NCBI GenBank assembly: GCA_964016885.1
Contig: OZ024743.1
Span: 378,572,001-378,636,000, forward strand
Direction of reading: 5' to 3'
Length of the DNA: 64,000 bases
DNA from: Eledone cirrhosa
Taxonomy: Eukaryota
Numbering within the stretch: the first letter of the stretch is position 1; each line of letters begins with the position of its first letter. Position numbers and translations under genes: made by a program. The notes beneath the pieces are model-generated. The model was not told the DNA's origin, did no database searches, and saw only the letters and a list, made by a program, of their open reading frames with translations. Below, in pieces: positions 43,319 to 57,171 of this stretch.

Positions 43319-43667
43319 TACGTATAAGTGATTTATGTATGGGTTACGGATATATATACATACGCTCTAAAGTTGTTGGCATTCAGCCATAGAAACGAAG
43401 CCAACAACGAAACATCAGCAGTGTGGTCACCTGACCTATCTAGCCTCAGAACGTGACAACCTGGAAAATAGATGTTGAATGATGATGATGATACATGTAT
43501 ATGTAGTGTATATGATGTATTTACAAATACTAGAAACTGAGAGGAGAAAGCTCCTCTTCGAAACCATAAACCTGTGCTAACTGGCCAGTTCTGGTCTGCT
43601 TAGAACCTGATATAATTCTTTAAATTTTCTTCAGACAAGATTAGAGTAAAAGTGAGAGAGAAAATGA

Positions 43668-43862
43668 TTGGGATTAGGGTAAGATAAAGAGAGTTATTGG
43701 GATTAGGGTAAGATAAAGAGAGAGTTATTGGGATTAGGGTAAGATAAAGAGGGTTATGGGGATTAGGGTAAGATAAAGAGAGAGTTATTGGGTTTAGGGT
43801 AAGTGAAAGAGGGTTATGGGGATTAAGGTAAGAGAAAGAGTTATTGGGATTAGGGTAAAAGA
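43668..43862. repeat. ~29-31-bp minisatellite containing TTAGGG
   Basis: Unit gggattagggtaagataaaga(ga)gagttatt, 6-7 copies. Confidence 0.9.
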
Positions 43863-44422
43863 GAGTGACCGAACGTTTTCAGTGCTCAATTTTAAAACAA
43901 AACTGAGAGAAAGATGTTTTTATAACAATAACAATACTGGTGTCTTTACTACTGCCTTGAGAGTTAAAAATTTGGCAGACAGAGACTGTGTTGAAGCCTG
44001 TTGAATGGATTGTACCTGTAATTTAGAAGGTCCAACCATGTCACATATTGTGCCATGCTGATTCAGTTTAGGAATTACATTAAGGGGACAACTATCTATG
44101 GAATACTCAACCATTTACATGTTAATTACGAGTTGGACATTTAATTGATCAAACATCTGAACAAACATAACTACTACTATTGCTACAACTCAAACATACC
44201 TCCACACTCAACAACTATTGCTACACCTACAATTCTATCATTACTACTACTACCACCATTATTTGGGGACATATATTTTCTTTATTTTCTAGTTTTTTTT
44301 TTGTTTGTTTTTTTTTATTTAAAAAAATAATTTTTGAATATTTATGATAATTATAATCATTACTTCAGCATTTATGCTTGGGTTCAGTTTGTGGGTGGCT
44401 GTTAGTAGTTTGATAAAATAGG

Positions 44423-44615
44423 CTAGTTAACATTTAGTTAATGGGTGACTGTTAGTAACATGGTGAACTAGTTAACATTTAGTTAATGTGTGACTGTTAG
44501 TAACATGGTGAACTAGTTAACATTTAATTAATGGGTGACTGTTAGTAACATGGTGAACTAGTTAACATTTAGTTAATGGGTGGTTGCTAGTAACATGGTT
44601 AGTAACATTTAGTTG
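44423..44615. repeat. 45-bp minisatellite, ~4 copies
   Basis: Unit ctagttaacatttagttaatgggtgactgttagtaacatggtgaa. Confidence 0.9.
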
Positions 44616-45579
44616 TAATATGACTAACTGGTAATAATAATAATGAAAATTATTGTGTACAGTGCTCAGGTGCGCTACAACTAACTAGGTTTCAATAAAT
44701 GTGTGACTTTTACTGACATTTACTAGTCTTAAACTGGATCATATTTTTATTTCACACCCAACCTAGCCATTTTGACAGTAATAACTTACATACCATAAAT
44801 CTGCTCAATCAGGGTTTGCACAACACACACACACATATATTATGTTATAGATATATTACATCATATTGTTATATGCTTATCAACATTATTTACCCGTGGC
44901 TTGTTTACGCAGGAGATATTTATCATATATACTTGATTATAAAGGGAGGGTATTTTTCCTCTTGTGTGTGTGTTCTTTCCCTTCTCTTCAATTTAATAAG
45001 GAGACACATTATATTCATGTCCTTATACATCCTACTGTTAAAAGGGTATTTTACTTTTGTAAGGATCTTATAAAAATGGTGATTACTGTAACATAAACAC
45101 CATAGAATTTCATAATAATAATAATAATAATAATGAAATTGTGTAAAGTGCTCAGGTGCACTACAACTCATCAAAGGTGCATGTATAGTACATAGAATAA
45201 TATACAAATGTCAGGGAAGTGAATAGTATATTATGTATGCCAACTAAGGGTTTTGTCTCCCTCCCCTCCTTATTCAAGATCATTTTATATTTAAGTATAT
45301 ACATTATATTGGGGGTTGGGATGAAACAGATGTTTTGTTATTTAGATGTGAAATGTAACTTCATTCAAAATGTTGCTCCCTGTTGTGTCACTGTCTGAAA
45401 TGTTTGATAATCTCTTAGGAATACATACATGTGCACACATATATATATATATATATATATTAATTCAAAAGTTATTTGTCTCTAATACTTAGACATCTCA
45501 ATGAATGGATAAAAAGTACAGAGGAAATATCACAGAAGCAAATCTACATATTAAACAAGCAAAAAAAAAACTATTTAGG

Positions 45580-45691
45580 ATTTAGGGGAGTATGAGTCAG
45601 ACAGACTAAAATAAGAAGGCCTCACTCATATAAACGTTTGTATGAGTGAGACTTTCTTCTTTTAGTCTGTCTGATTCATACTCCCCTAAAT
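45580..45691. repeat. ~112-bp near-perfect palindrome
   Basis: atttaggggagtatgagtcagacagactaaa...ctcactcatataaac|gtttgtatgagtgag...tttagtctgtctgattcatactcccctaaat. Confidence 0.85.
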
Positions 45692-45733
45692 AGAGTTCTT
45701 TTGGCTTAAGTTTAATATGTAAAATTTCTATAC

Positions 45734-45765
<32 letters not shown>

Positions 45766-46129
45766 GGAGAATTTTTATCATTCAATATCTCTAGCGTGTC
45801 AGTTATGTTGATAGGGCCTGCTATCTTTTCTGATATAGCACCTCTTGAGTAACAAGGGCAACTAATCCCTTCCATTGTTCTATATCTTCTGCCAGGAATT
45901 TGGACAGTTACTGCTACTGCCACCTAGTGTTGGTTTTATATCAAAGTGCCCTTCTCTTAAATTAATTGTCATTGAAGATTTAATAGTTATCTCCTCTTAC
46001 TGGGGTTTTGGAATATGAGGGTACTAGTCTTGATATTTGCATGTGTGTGTATGTATATATGTATGTGTGTGTATGTATATATGTATGTGTATGTATATAT
46101 ATATATGTATGTGTATGTATATATGCATG

Positions 46130-46173
<44 letters not shown>

Positions 46174-46613
46174 GCTACAGCATTTATTGTGTTGTACCCC
46201 TTAAGCAAGACCCTTAACTTCTCTCACCCCTATATAAGAAATCCTTTTAATCCAGTATATATTCATATTTATTTGTTTACAATTTCTTTTGTATTTACTT
46301 TTTGTTTATTATTTTATATATATATATGTTTCTTATTGTAGACATTTTAAAAACTTTTTTATATTTTTATTTTTTCTGTTTTTTGTTTTTTTTTGTTATT
46401 TTTTTATCCTCTCCCTTCCTCTACTCCACTTTGGAATAAATATTTTGTATTTTTTCTTTTTTCGTTTCAAGCCAGATTGTCACTAAATCCTGTAAATATG
46501 GAGAAAAAAAAGAATGTATCTTTTTTGGTTATTGTTGTTGTTGTTCTTGTTTTATTATTTTGTTTATTATCATTATTGTTATTGTTGTTGTTGTTGTTAT
46601 TATTATTGTTGTA

Positions 46614-47078
46614 AAGGAGCGAGTGGTGGATTTCCAGTATTGCTCGAGCGTCAGACAGAATAATTTGCGGCATTTCGTTATGACTTTCTACAATCTGAGT
46701 TCAAATCCTCCTGAGGTCATCTTTACCTTTCATCCTTCCGGGGTTGATAAAATAAAGTACCAGTTATGTACTGGGTCGATATCATCGACTTTTCCCTCCC
46801 CTTCAAATTGCTGGCCTTGTGCCAAAGGTATAAATTATTATTATTATTATAAGGGCGGGAGATTGATAGAATTGTTAGGGCGTTGCAAAGAATGCTTTGC
46901 AGCATTTAGTTACAGCTCTTTACATTCTGAGTTCAAATCCCACCATGGTTGACTTTGCTTTTCATTCCTCCAGGATTGATAGCATAAAGTACCAGTCATA
47001 TACTGGAGTCAACTTAATCGACTTATCCCTTCTCTTAAAACATTTCTGTTCTTCTTCATGTAGTAGAAACTATTATTC
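46614..47078 (+). mobile_element. Two head-to-tail copies of SINE family 1
   Basis: Two successive units, each with ctgagttcaaatcc, ctttgc/acctttcat and ataaagtaccag, separated by a (TAT)n tail at ~46835-46850. Confidence 0.8.
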
Positions 47079-48333
47079 ACTATTGTTCCTGTTTGTTTGT
47101 TGTTTTTTTTATTCCTTTTTCTTCTAAAAGTTTTGTGATGAGTATGATAATGATGATAATTCAAAATTATTCACCACACCATGACAACCCCACCCTATCC
47201 CCCAATACAGCTGATTTCCTCATCCCTACCTCCCCTCCAAGACCTCAACTGATGTGCTGTATCCTCTTTGGGCCATGGGCATTGGTAGCTAAATTGGGGT
47301 GCCTGATAATATATGTAAAATATTACAGTATCATCAAATAAGGACATTATAAAAACATTTTTCTTACAAAGTCAAAACATTGTATATGTGTATATATATA
47401 TGTGTATATATATCATAAAATGTAGTATATTTCTAAAAGGTGCATATTGCAACAATTTTCTTTCTTTTTTAATAGTGACAGGCCCCAAGCCCCCTGGTTG
47501 ATACTCTCTGTTATCAGCCCTGCTTCTGGGAGGGTCCAGCTATACACCTTCCCTTTAACCAAAGAGCATATTAGTCACACACCCATGTCTTTTTAGCCCT
47601 TCCTCCCTCCCCCAATATACCCTATCGTATTGCAATATTATTGACTCCCTGGTATTTTATTTTGTTATTTTTTACACACAAAATGATAGTATTTTAAACA
47701 AAGGATCAATTGTATTTGTTAAGCATTGAACAAATTTTGAATTTAAAATGTATGTTAGATTAACCCTTTAGTATTTACATTATTCTATATATATACTATA
47801 ATATTTTCACATAACTATCTCACATAATATAATCTAAGAAAGAAATTTTGATATTATTTATTTTGAGGGTAATACCTTAACATCAGTATGAGCGGCCAGT
47901 TACAGCTGGTTTAACAGAAAGAGGTGAGAGAATTCTGGCCAGATATGGCCAGTTTAAATGCTAAAGGATTGATGTAAGCTGCTTAAATGCAGAGGGGGGG
48001 TCGTTTTTTTTTGCTATAGAAAATCATCGGGAATATTAACCCCTATGAAAAATAGCTGGACAAGTTGTTTGACTATTTTTCATAATAAGCTAACATACCT
48101 TCTAAATAGTTTAGTGTTATGGACCCAATATGTTGGTATTTTAGTTTGGAACATTTATTCTATGTGTGGCTTTTGAAACTTAAGTGAGTTTTAAAAAAAA
48201 GATTTTTCCCTAATTTGTATTTTTTGTTGCTGTATTTTTAATTGGAGAACCAAACCTCAGAACACTCTATCATCTTTTCTTCCTTCTCCTCTCAACTCTG
48301 ACACAGCAATTTCTGGTTAATACAATATATAGT

Positions 48334-48370
<37 letters not shown>

Positions 48371-48780
48371 GGAAGTTCAGATAAAACCAATAACAATATC
48401 TATTCAGAAATGTCTACAACCCAACTAACAGTTCATGTATTTCAATTAATTTTGAAAATATTCAAGAATTTGGAAGGATTTGTTAAAGGCAGGTAGTCAT
48501 TAGATTGTTGAATTAATTACTTTGGTAATTGTTCCAGCTCTCTTTGCTCTGAGATCAACTTTGCCTTTCCTCCTTTCACATTTGATAAAGTTCAAGCCCT
48601 AGATCAGTAGTTTGGCAGAATTGTTAAATTATTTTGATGTATCTGAATCAGGCTTTATGTGTTCTAATTTCAACCCTCACCACCTTCCGCAAGTAATGAC
48701 TGGCAAATAATATAAGCAATATAATATAAGCTCTTTTCCTTTTTTATTAGAATAGCTAACTTTTCCATATTGTATGTATA

Positions 48781-48996
48781 TATATAATTACAATGGGCTT
48801 ATAAACCAAAATTAAAAGTTCAAGACATTTATCACTGACACTTGTTTCCTCCCATAGTAACTAATAGCAATTTGCTATTAGTTAGAACAAACTATAGGAA
48901 TCATCAGAGTTGTATATTCCTGTGGGAAGAAACAATGTCAGTAATTAAATGTCTTGAACTTTTAATTTGTGTTTATAAGCGCATTGTAATTATATA
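48781..48996. mobile_element. Foldback MITE with ~75-bp inverted arms in TA context
   Basis: Left arm tataattacaatgggcttataaaccaaaattaaaagttcaagacattta...tgacacttgtttcctcccatag mirrors right arm ctgtgggaagaaacaatgtca...taaatgtcttgaacttttaatttgtgtttataagcgcattgtaattata. Confidence 0.75.
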
Positions 48997-50449
48997 TTAA
49001 CTCTGAGCTAAAATACACCTAGTAAATGAGTAAAATTTATTCTCATTAATATTACTATTATTAATTATATGTATAAGTTGTTTATAACATTACAAAAAGT
49101 TTTTACATAAAATCATGATGAAAGATATGAATGCTTTAGGATTCAGTTTTGTATCGTAGACTCAGATGTGGTCTTGTGCAGGTTGGTATCAAGGGGGTTA
49201 AAATATGGGGAGACGGGGTTCATTTTGATTATTTTGTTACCATGTTTCTAATGAAATACGTAGTGATTTTCAAATCATTTTGAAAATAATAAAGAATTTG
49301 GATGCATTTAGTAAAATAATTGATTTTCTCATTACTAAGCTGATGTTTTATACATAAAATTATGGAACTTTTTTTTTAGATAAATGTTATTTCATACTAA
49401 ACAATTAGGCAAATAACTTAACAAAAGTTCATACATTACAATAGGATAAATATAAACAGTTTAGAGTGTAATTTAACAAAGATTCATACATAAAATTATT
49501 ATGAAATGAAATTAGAATTTGGTTTTTCGCTCTAACATAGCAGATACGGAAATGTATTTGTGAGTTCTATATTGAATAATAATACTTTCTTTTTTATATT
49601 GAATAATAATAATATTTGATTCGTTTGCAAGCAAACAGCCTCATTATGCTATGTATTAGATGACCATCACCATCCATTTGTTCTAGTACTGTTAGATACA
49701 CTTTATAGAAAAATCCTGTATCATAGCACTAAGGATGATAGAAAAGGGTTAAAGACATCTGGGAGATTATGATAGCTTGTGTTGATATTAAATAGTCTTA
49801 CTCACTTCTACTAAAGCTGAAATATAACACTGCTGTGTTCAACTGAACTCTGAATGTCAACCTTTTATAGGGCCAATATTTGGGTCAGGTTCAGTATGCT
49901 GTCCAGCAATTCTTTCCCTAGATATTCTAACCATATATCCATAGTACTGGAGCTGTGATCTCTCGATTTCAAGAAGTAACAACTCCCTAATCTCCAAGTT
50001 AAATATCTGATCATCATCAATCCAGCTGTGACCATTCCATTGAAATGTAATGGATGTTACAGCTTTGTATGATTTGCTTTATATATATATATATATAATC
50101 ATCATCATCGTTTTACGTCCGCTTTTGCGTGTTGGAGGAGTCTTTCTAGTACGGCATCTTTCCATTTGTTGTGTTCCTTCATCATCTCCTCTGCCAGTCT
50201 TAGTGATATGTATGTATATATCTATATATATTTATATATCATCCTCATCGATTGCCTCAGGCAGATTGAATATTTCTACAAGTGTGAATGGAGAAAGTGC
50301 GTCACTCTGCACATTGTGATGAATGATGATGATGATGAGTGAGACAAGTTTGGGAGTTGGGCTTTGTAAAAGAAGACAAAACATCATAATAATAATAATA
50401 TAGACATCTGAAAGAGATAAAAGTTATATCATCGTCATCTCAGTTTTAG

Positions 50450-50484
<35 letters not shown>

Positions 50485-51931
50485 CGTTGAATAACCTTCA
50501 ATGATTATGTATGTATATATTCTTAGATGTGCAATCAAGAGTTCACTTCATTGTTGCACAGAGTTTCTTGCTATCTAGATGAACACAAGAACTCTGAGTA
50601 GGCATGGAGTGAATCTTCAGCTTTGATGGCATGTGCGTGTGTGTGTATATATATATATATACACACATATACACATTAGTATAAATGTCTTTGGCAGTAT
50701 ACATAAGAAATTAATGAAGTATATATATATTTTAACACTGTTTATCACTTGGGTAAAAAAAAATATAAAACATAATTTGAATTGTAAACACTTTTATTAT
50801 ATATTTTACCCAAGTGATAAACATTGTTTTATCAATTCTTCTGGCAATTATACTTCATTAATATATGCATATATATATATATGTGTGTGTGTATATAATA
50901 TATAATATTAATAAAGTATAATTTTCAGAAAAAGTAATAAAACACTGTTTATTACTTGGGTAAAAAACAATAATAAAACGTTTATAGTTTAACTTTTTCT
51001 GAGAATTATATTTTATTTTTATATATATATATATTTTAGAAGATTCACTGCCTCACAATGGTCCCATGCTTTTATCCTAGACATGATACTTCACACACAC
51101 ACACACACACGTGTGTGTGTATATGTATATATCAGTTGACTGAAACAATGATAGATCAGAAATATACACAAAGGTCCTGAACGTTAAGCTTTTTCACTCA
51201 CAGCTCCTTTTAATCATACAGCTTGTTTATTTCACTGGTTTAGATAATATGAAGCGAAGCTAACCTGATTAAATGTTGTTCATATAACATTATAAAATTG
51301 AATATTTCCTTGAAGAATATTGAATTAAACTGGGATTAATTTATTTATTGTAGTTAGGATGGGAATTTGTCATCCCAAGTCATACTTTTGAGTACAAGCA
51401 AATATTATAAATCAAAAATGAATGTAATGGTACTGCTTGTTGATTTGAAATACACTTCATAGTTGGGCTACTCAGGCTGAGAAGTGGCCACACACACAAA
51501 TATACTGTATAGTAAGGGTCTATATTAAAGCATAGACAATATATTTATACACTTCACACTGAGTTGGGTTACTGGGGTCCAGGTGCTGGAGTGGCCCCAC
51601 ATACACATACACACATATATATTGTATATTAGGGGTGTATATGGAAAGCATAGATGATATATTTATGCAGTGGCCATCTGAGAACATTGTATGTATATAT
51701 AATATACATACATATATAAATGGTGATGGTAGTAGTGGTGATATGTAATGTCTCTTTTTCTACTGCACTGCTTTGGTGTTTTTTCTTTATCTTGAAAGCA
51801 TCTCAGTTTGGTGCTTTCATTAATGTAACTATTTGGAACTGATGATGGCCAGATTAATAAGATATCAAACAATCAGCTTAGGGTCGGTCAGTGATTCATG
51901 TCCTGTTACTGACACTGCATTGTGTTTTAAA

Positions 51932-52195
51932 ATAATAATAATGAAAATTATTATAGTGTACAGTGCTCAGATGCACCACAACTCATCAAAGGTGCACATA
52001 TAATACATAGAATAATATACAAATGTCAGGAAAGTGAACAGTTTATGAGTTATGCACACACACAGATACCTGCATGCATGTGTATGGAGGGGGAATATCA
52101 GGTGTAGTGTTGGCGAATTTTGAAGGATGCAGTGTCCTGACAGCTAACAACTGATGCAGGTAGTTTGTTCCATGCTTCAGCACTGACAATTCTCA
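51932..52195 (-). mobile_element. CR1-like LINE 3' fragment
   Basis: Minus-strand SAEAWNKLPASVVSCQDTASFK is homologous to the 17.6 kb copy. (ATT)n tail. Confidence 0.65.
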
Positions 52196-52582
52196 ATATC
52201 ACAGTCCATCTAGCTGTATGTATGGAGCACAGAGTGGAGTATATTGCTGTTGTAAGTAGGAATAGCACGGTGATAATTGGCAAGTGTTTAGCTTGTTAGC
52301 TTACTGCAGTCTTCAGTTGAGTTGGGGGGGGGGGTCTTCTTGTAAACCCAAGGGGCCACTATAGAAGTGCCAGCAATGTGACCATACTTAAAATTCCATG
52401 GCCACCACCACTCCACTAGAGTGGTGGTGGCTATCGAATTAAATGGATGAACAGTATGCTATTCTCATTTCAACCCATGGTTGATTTTGTCTTGTTTCAA
52501 TTAATGATTTCGGGGGTAAAAAATATATTGATATAACAAAGAAAAAATAAATAAAGCAAACTAAAGGAAATATATATATAAT

Positions 52583-52618
<36 letters not shown>

Positions 52619-52636
52619 ATGTGTGTGTGTGTGTGT

Positions 52637-52704
<68 letters not shown>

Positions 52705-54608
52705 GGGCTGAATTCTCAAATGAAAGAAAAAAATATGAAAATTTATGTAGAAATATTTCCTTTCCATCTCTCTTTGCTTGGAATGCTTTATTTAAATCTA
52801 CTTTGGCACAAATTTTGATGTTGTTTATTTATCTATTATATATATATTTTTTTTGTTAAGCTCTCCCTCTCAGAAAGGAGAGTACATTATTATTATTATT
52901 ATTTCTTGGAATGTTAAGCCACATACATTTTCTCTTGTGGCCAATGATGATGATGATGTATGTATCTTTCTGGTCAATGGTTTAATGCCAATCAAGGAGA
53001 CAAAAAATTAATTAAGACAAAGATCTTCCATATTTTTATGGCATGGAAAATTTTGTGAACGAATCTTTGTCAGAACTTTTTCTTTTTATTTAGAAATTTG
53101 TTTTCTTATTTCTTTTATTTTAAATATTTTAAAGACACAAAAAATAACAACAACAAAACCAGAAATATATCGGATGATAGCTGAGATGGAACTAAAGAAA
53201 TTGCAAAGTAGATTCCTCGATTCCATGCTCAGTTGCCAGGAAAAAAACACAAAAAAATTATAATTAATATGGAAATTAAGATGGAGAAATTTAAATAAAA
53301 TAAAAAAAACATTTTGACCAGAACTAAAAATATATGAAATAAAATAAACAGATTATATTGATGGTAATAATTAAAAATAACACAAAAATACATTGAAAAA
53401 AAAAAGTAATTATCAGGAGAGAAAATTAAAAAAAAAGAAAATATTTACAAAAAAGGAATAATAATAAAGCCCAATAAAAAGCATCAACAAAAAAACACAC
53501 ACACACACACACACACACCCTCCAAGAAAAAAAAATGAAAAGAAAATCGTAAAGAATGCTACATATAATAATAATGCCCAGCAAAGTACTGAGCTTTATC
53601 TTGTAGGTTACCATTGTCATTTGTGAATGGCACCAAACAGGATTAATAGCTGTTGCTGGCTGTTTTACACAGTTCTTCTATGTCTGACAGTATTTCGCTT
53701 CATTCTATTGAAGCACCCTCATATTGCATTCCTGCATATTAAAAACCATTTAATCCAAGACCAATTTAAAGATGTCATATTGTCTACTTTCTTTCTTTGT
53801 ATGTTTTATTCTTCTGTTTGGCCTATGTCATTAAGAAACTGAAAGGGAAAGCTGTATGTTTGATGTGCCATGATATGTTAGGTGTGAGGCATGACTGATG
53901 AATGTGGAGCAGCAGTGATGGTTGGAAAGAATCAAAGGGAAAGGCATATGTTGCATGTGAAGTACCATAAGATATGGAGAGGCAGATATGTGTAATGAAC
54001 ATGGAACAGCATTAACAACTGAAAAGTGTATGTTGTATGTGTGAGAAGTGCTATGATTGATGGGAGTGAGATATTGGTGATAATAATAATTATGAGAAAA
54101 GCGAGCATGGCTCAGGTGAATGGGCCCGCTTTGAGTGTAAGCTTGTAGATTGGTGAAGAACAACTGGGACAGGGCACTTGCCCTAAAGATCAGAGCATCC
54201 GTGGTTTATGGGTTTTTTTCCACAAATGACCCTTGAACGTCTCCTCCCTATTGAGGAACCTTCTTTGTTTTGATTTTATTTTTTTTTTTAACATTGTTAA
54301 AATCTGTTTACATGCAAAACCAACACGCAAACACACACTATGTTTTCATCCTGTACTGTCATAATGTTTTTCTTGATGTAAACCCTTTGTGGTTCATAAA
54401 GAAATCATTATTATTGTGTACAGTGTTCAGGTGCACTACAACTCATCAAAGGTGCATGCATCATTTTGTAAGCATATCTACAGGTGTTAGACATATAGAA
54501 TTCAAGGTTGAGTAGCAGAGAAGGCTGGAAAGAATGGAATTATGACTGGTTTTGTGGTTGAGCAAATACTCCTCAGATTGAGGAAGACATTGAAATGGCT
54601 GAAGATGG

Positions 54609-55325
54609 GAATAGAACTAGTGATGAATGTTGCAAAGAAATGGGATGAGAGGGTTGGGTCATCTGTTGAGGAAGGGTGTAAGTGACTATGATAGGAATAG
54701 AACTAGGGATGAATGTTGCAAAGAAATGGGATGAGAGGGTTGGGTCATCTGTTGAGGAAGGGTGTAAGTGACTATGATAGGAATAGAACTAGGGATGAAT
54801 GTTGCAAAGAAATGGGATGAGAGGGTTGGGTCATCTGTTGAGGAAGGGTGTAAGTGACTATGATAGGAATAGAACTAGGGATGAATGTTGCAAAGAAATG
54901 GGATGAGAGGGTTGGGTCATCTGTTGAGGAAGGGTGTAAGTGACTATGATAGGAATAGAACTAGGGATGAATGTTGCAAAGAAATGGGATGAGAGGGTTG
55001 GGTCATCTGTTGAGGAAGGGTGTAAGTGACTATGATAGGAATAGAACTAGGGATGAATGTTGCAAAGAAATGGGATGAGAGGGTTGGGTCATCTGTTGAG
55101 GAAGGGTGTAAGTGACTATGATGGAAATAGAACTAGGGATGAATGTTGCAAAGAAATGGGATGAGAGGGTTGGGTCATCTGTTGAGGAAGGGTGTAAGTG
55201 ACTATGATAGGAATAGAACTAGGGATGAATGTTGCAAAGAAATGGGATGAGAGGGTTGGGTCATCTGTTGAGGAAGGGTGTAAGTGACTATGATGGAAAT
55301 AGAACTAGGGATGAATGTTGTAAAC
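54609..55325. repeat. 86-bp minisatellite, ~8.3 copies
   Basis: The unit gaatagaactagggatgaatgttgcaaagaaatgggatgagagggttgggtcatctgttgaggaagggtgtaagtgactatgatag starts at 54609, 54695, 54781, 54867 and onward. Confidence 0.97.
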
Positions 55326-56039
55326 AGAAATGGGTTGGGTCATGTTGAAGAAGGATGAAAGTGACTTGATGAATGTTGTGAAGAGAAATGGGATGAGATG
55401 GTTAAGTCGTGTGTTGAAGAAGGATGAGAGAAGTGATGGAAATGAATGTGGAAAGTAGAAATTGAGGACCAAGAAAAATGATGGAAGAGGAAATAAAAGC
55501 CAAAGGGTTGGTGTGGGGAGAAATGGAATGAGATGGCTGAGGAAGAATGAAAGTAATGGTGTAAGAGAAGTTATAGAAATAGAGCCAGTGATGAAGAGAA
55601 ATAGAATGAGATGGTTGGGTCATGTGTTGAGGAAGGATGAAGGTGATACTAGGTAAGAGGAGTAAAGGAAATGAATGTAGCAAGCAGTAGGAGAGGAAGA
55701 TTGAAAAGATGGGTAAAAATCATTTCTTCCATCATCTTGGATGATGGAGGAGGAAAAGAAAACCAGGTAGGTACAAAATGGAAAAGCTTGCATGGCCTAT
55801 AACCCCTGATTTAACAGAGGAAATGACCTGAAGATTCTTATTGCTATGTGGTTAAGAAGCTTGTTTCACAAACGTGTGGTTTTGGATTCAGTTACCCTGC
55901 ATGACACTTTTGATGTGTCTTTTTACTATAATATTGAGTTGGTCAATTCTTTGTGAGTAAACTTTGGTAGACAGAAACTGTTGTGTGTATAGTATATACA
56001 TACATACATATCCATGTATATATATATATATATATAGGG

Positions 56040-56770
56040 TGGGTAAAATTCCCAAGCTCCACGAGCGAGTTCTCTCCAGCGGTCTCTGTTCTTCATCATC
56101 ACCGCTATATCCCGCATCTCCCAGAGACCAGAGTCTGTCCGTAGGGCATCAACATATCATCCTCAGTCTCCTTCCAGTGTGTCCATGTAGTGACTCCCAC
56201 AAGACCACTCACTGAGTGCAGTATCAACTCTGAATGTTGGTGAGCATGTCCAGCTAACCTCAGTCTCTTCTGTGTCACTTTTCAGCTGACTTTTGGGAGA
56301 CTTCCGTACAACTCCGAGTTCTTCATCCTCAGTGCATACTGATTAATGTTCAGAGCCATCCTTAACATTCTCATGTAACACCCACCCACCATCTGAGGGA
56401 GTCCTTTGGTCAGTGTCCAAGTCTCAAACCTGTACAACAACACAGACTCCACTGTAGTAATCAGGTCTTTACAAAGATCCGACTTCCACACTGACCTTAA
56501 ACTGTGACATGCTGCCCAGGCTTTACTCTTCCTCTCCACCACATCATCCTTGTGTTCCCAATCTTTGCTCCTAAGTACAGGAACTCCTCAATCAGCTCTT
56601 GTAGCTTCCTGCCCACATTCATGATCTTCTCTGGCTCCTTAATGTTCTCTGCCAGATACTTTGTCTTACTCTCATTCATTAGTATCAGAGAGATCTCTCT
56701 TCTTTGGTACTGGGACAATGTTACTGATCCGGGCCAACTCCTTTCTCCAGTGCCTGGTTACAGAACTCCA
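56040..56770 (-). pseudogene. Decayed LINE of a different RTE-like family, RT core internally deleted
   Basis: IVPVPKKRDLS (pre-RT) joins directly to ESKTKYL...EFLYLG...KAWAACHSLRSVWKS...ESVLLY.FETWTLTK...RLRLAGH, with frameshifts. No PHD finger between KTK and YLG. Confidence 0.75.
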
Positions 56771-56802
56771 GGATGATATCACATATATACATTCTATGTA
56801 TA

Positions 56803-56853
<51 letters not shown>

Positions 56854-57171
56854 GAGTAAATGTATATATATATATATATACCAGACTAAATAAAGATGGC
56901 GTAGACATACAATACAACGGGAGGAAACATAATGGCACCACTAACAATGTTGCAGATGTGCAACGAAAGAGCTTTGTTAGACTATATATATGTGTTTGTG
57001 TCTATATTGTATCTGTATTTTTCACCGTTGGTCAGTCAATGGCAACATTGAGGACTGAATAAATTAAATTAACCGATATAAAAGACAGAAGCGAAAACCA
57101 ACCAAACATTGAGTGTGTTCTGTTATTAATTCTGGCATAATATTATTATACACAAATATGACCCTCCCCAA

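Noticed and set aside
39100-57100. A second host protein-coding gene downstream of CYFIP
   Set aside because: I found no ORF or exon with recognisable non-transposon homology. Small exons could have been missed by eye.
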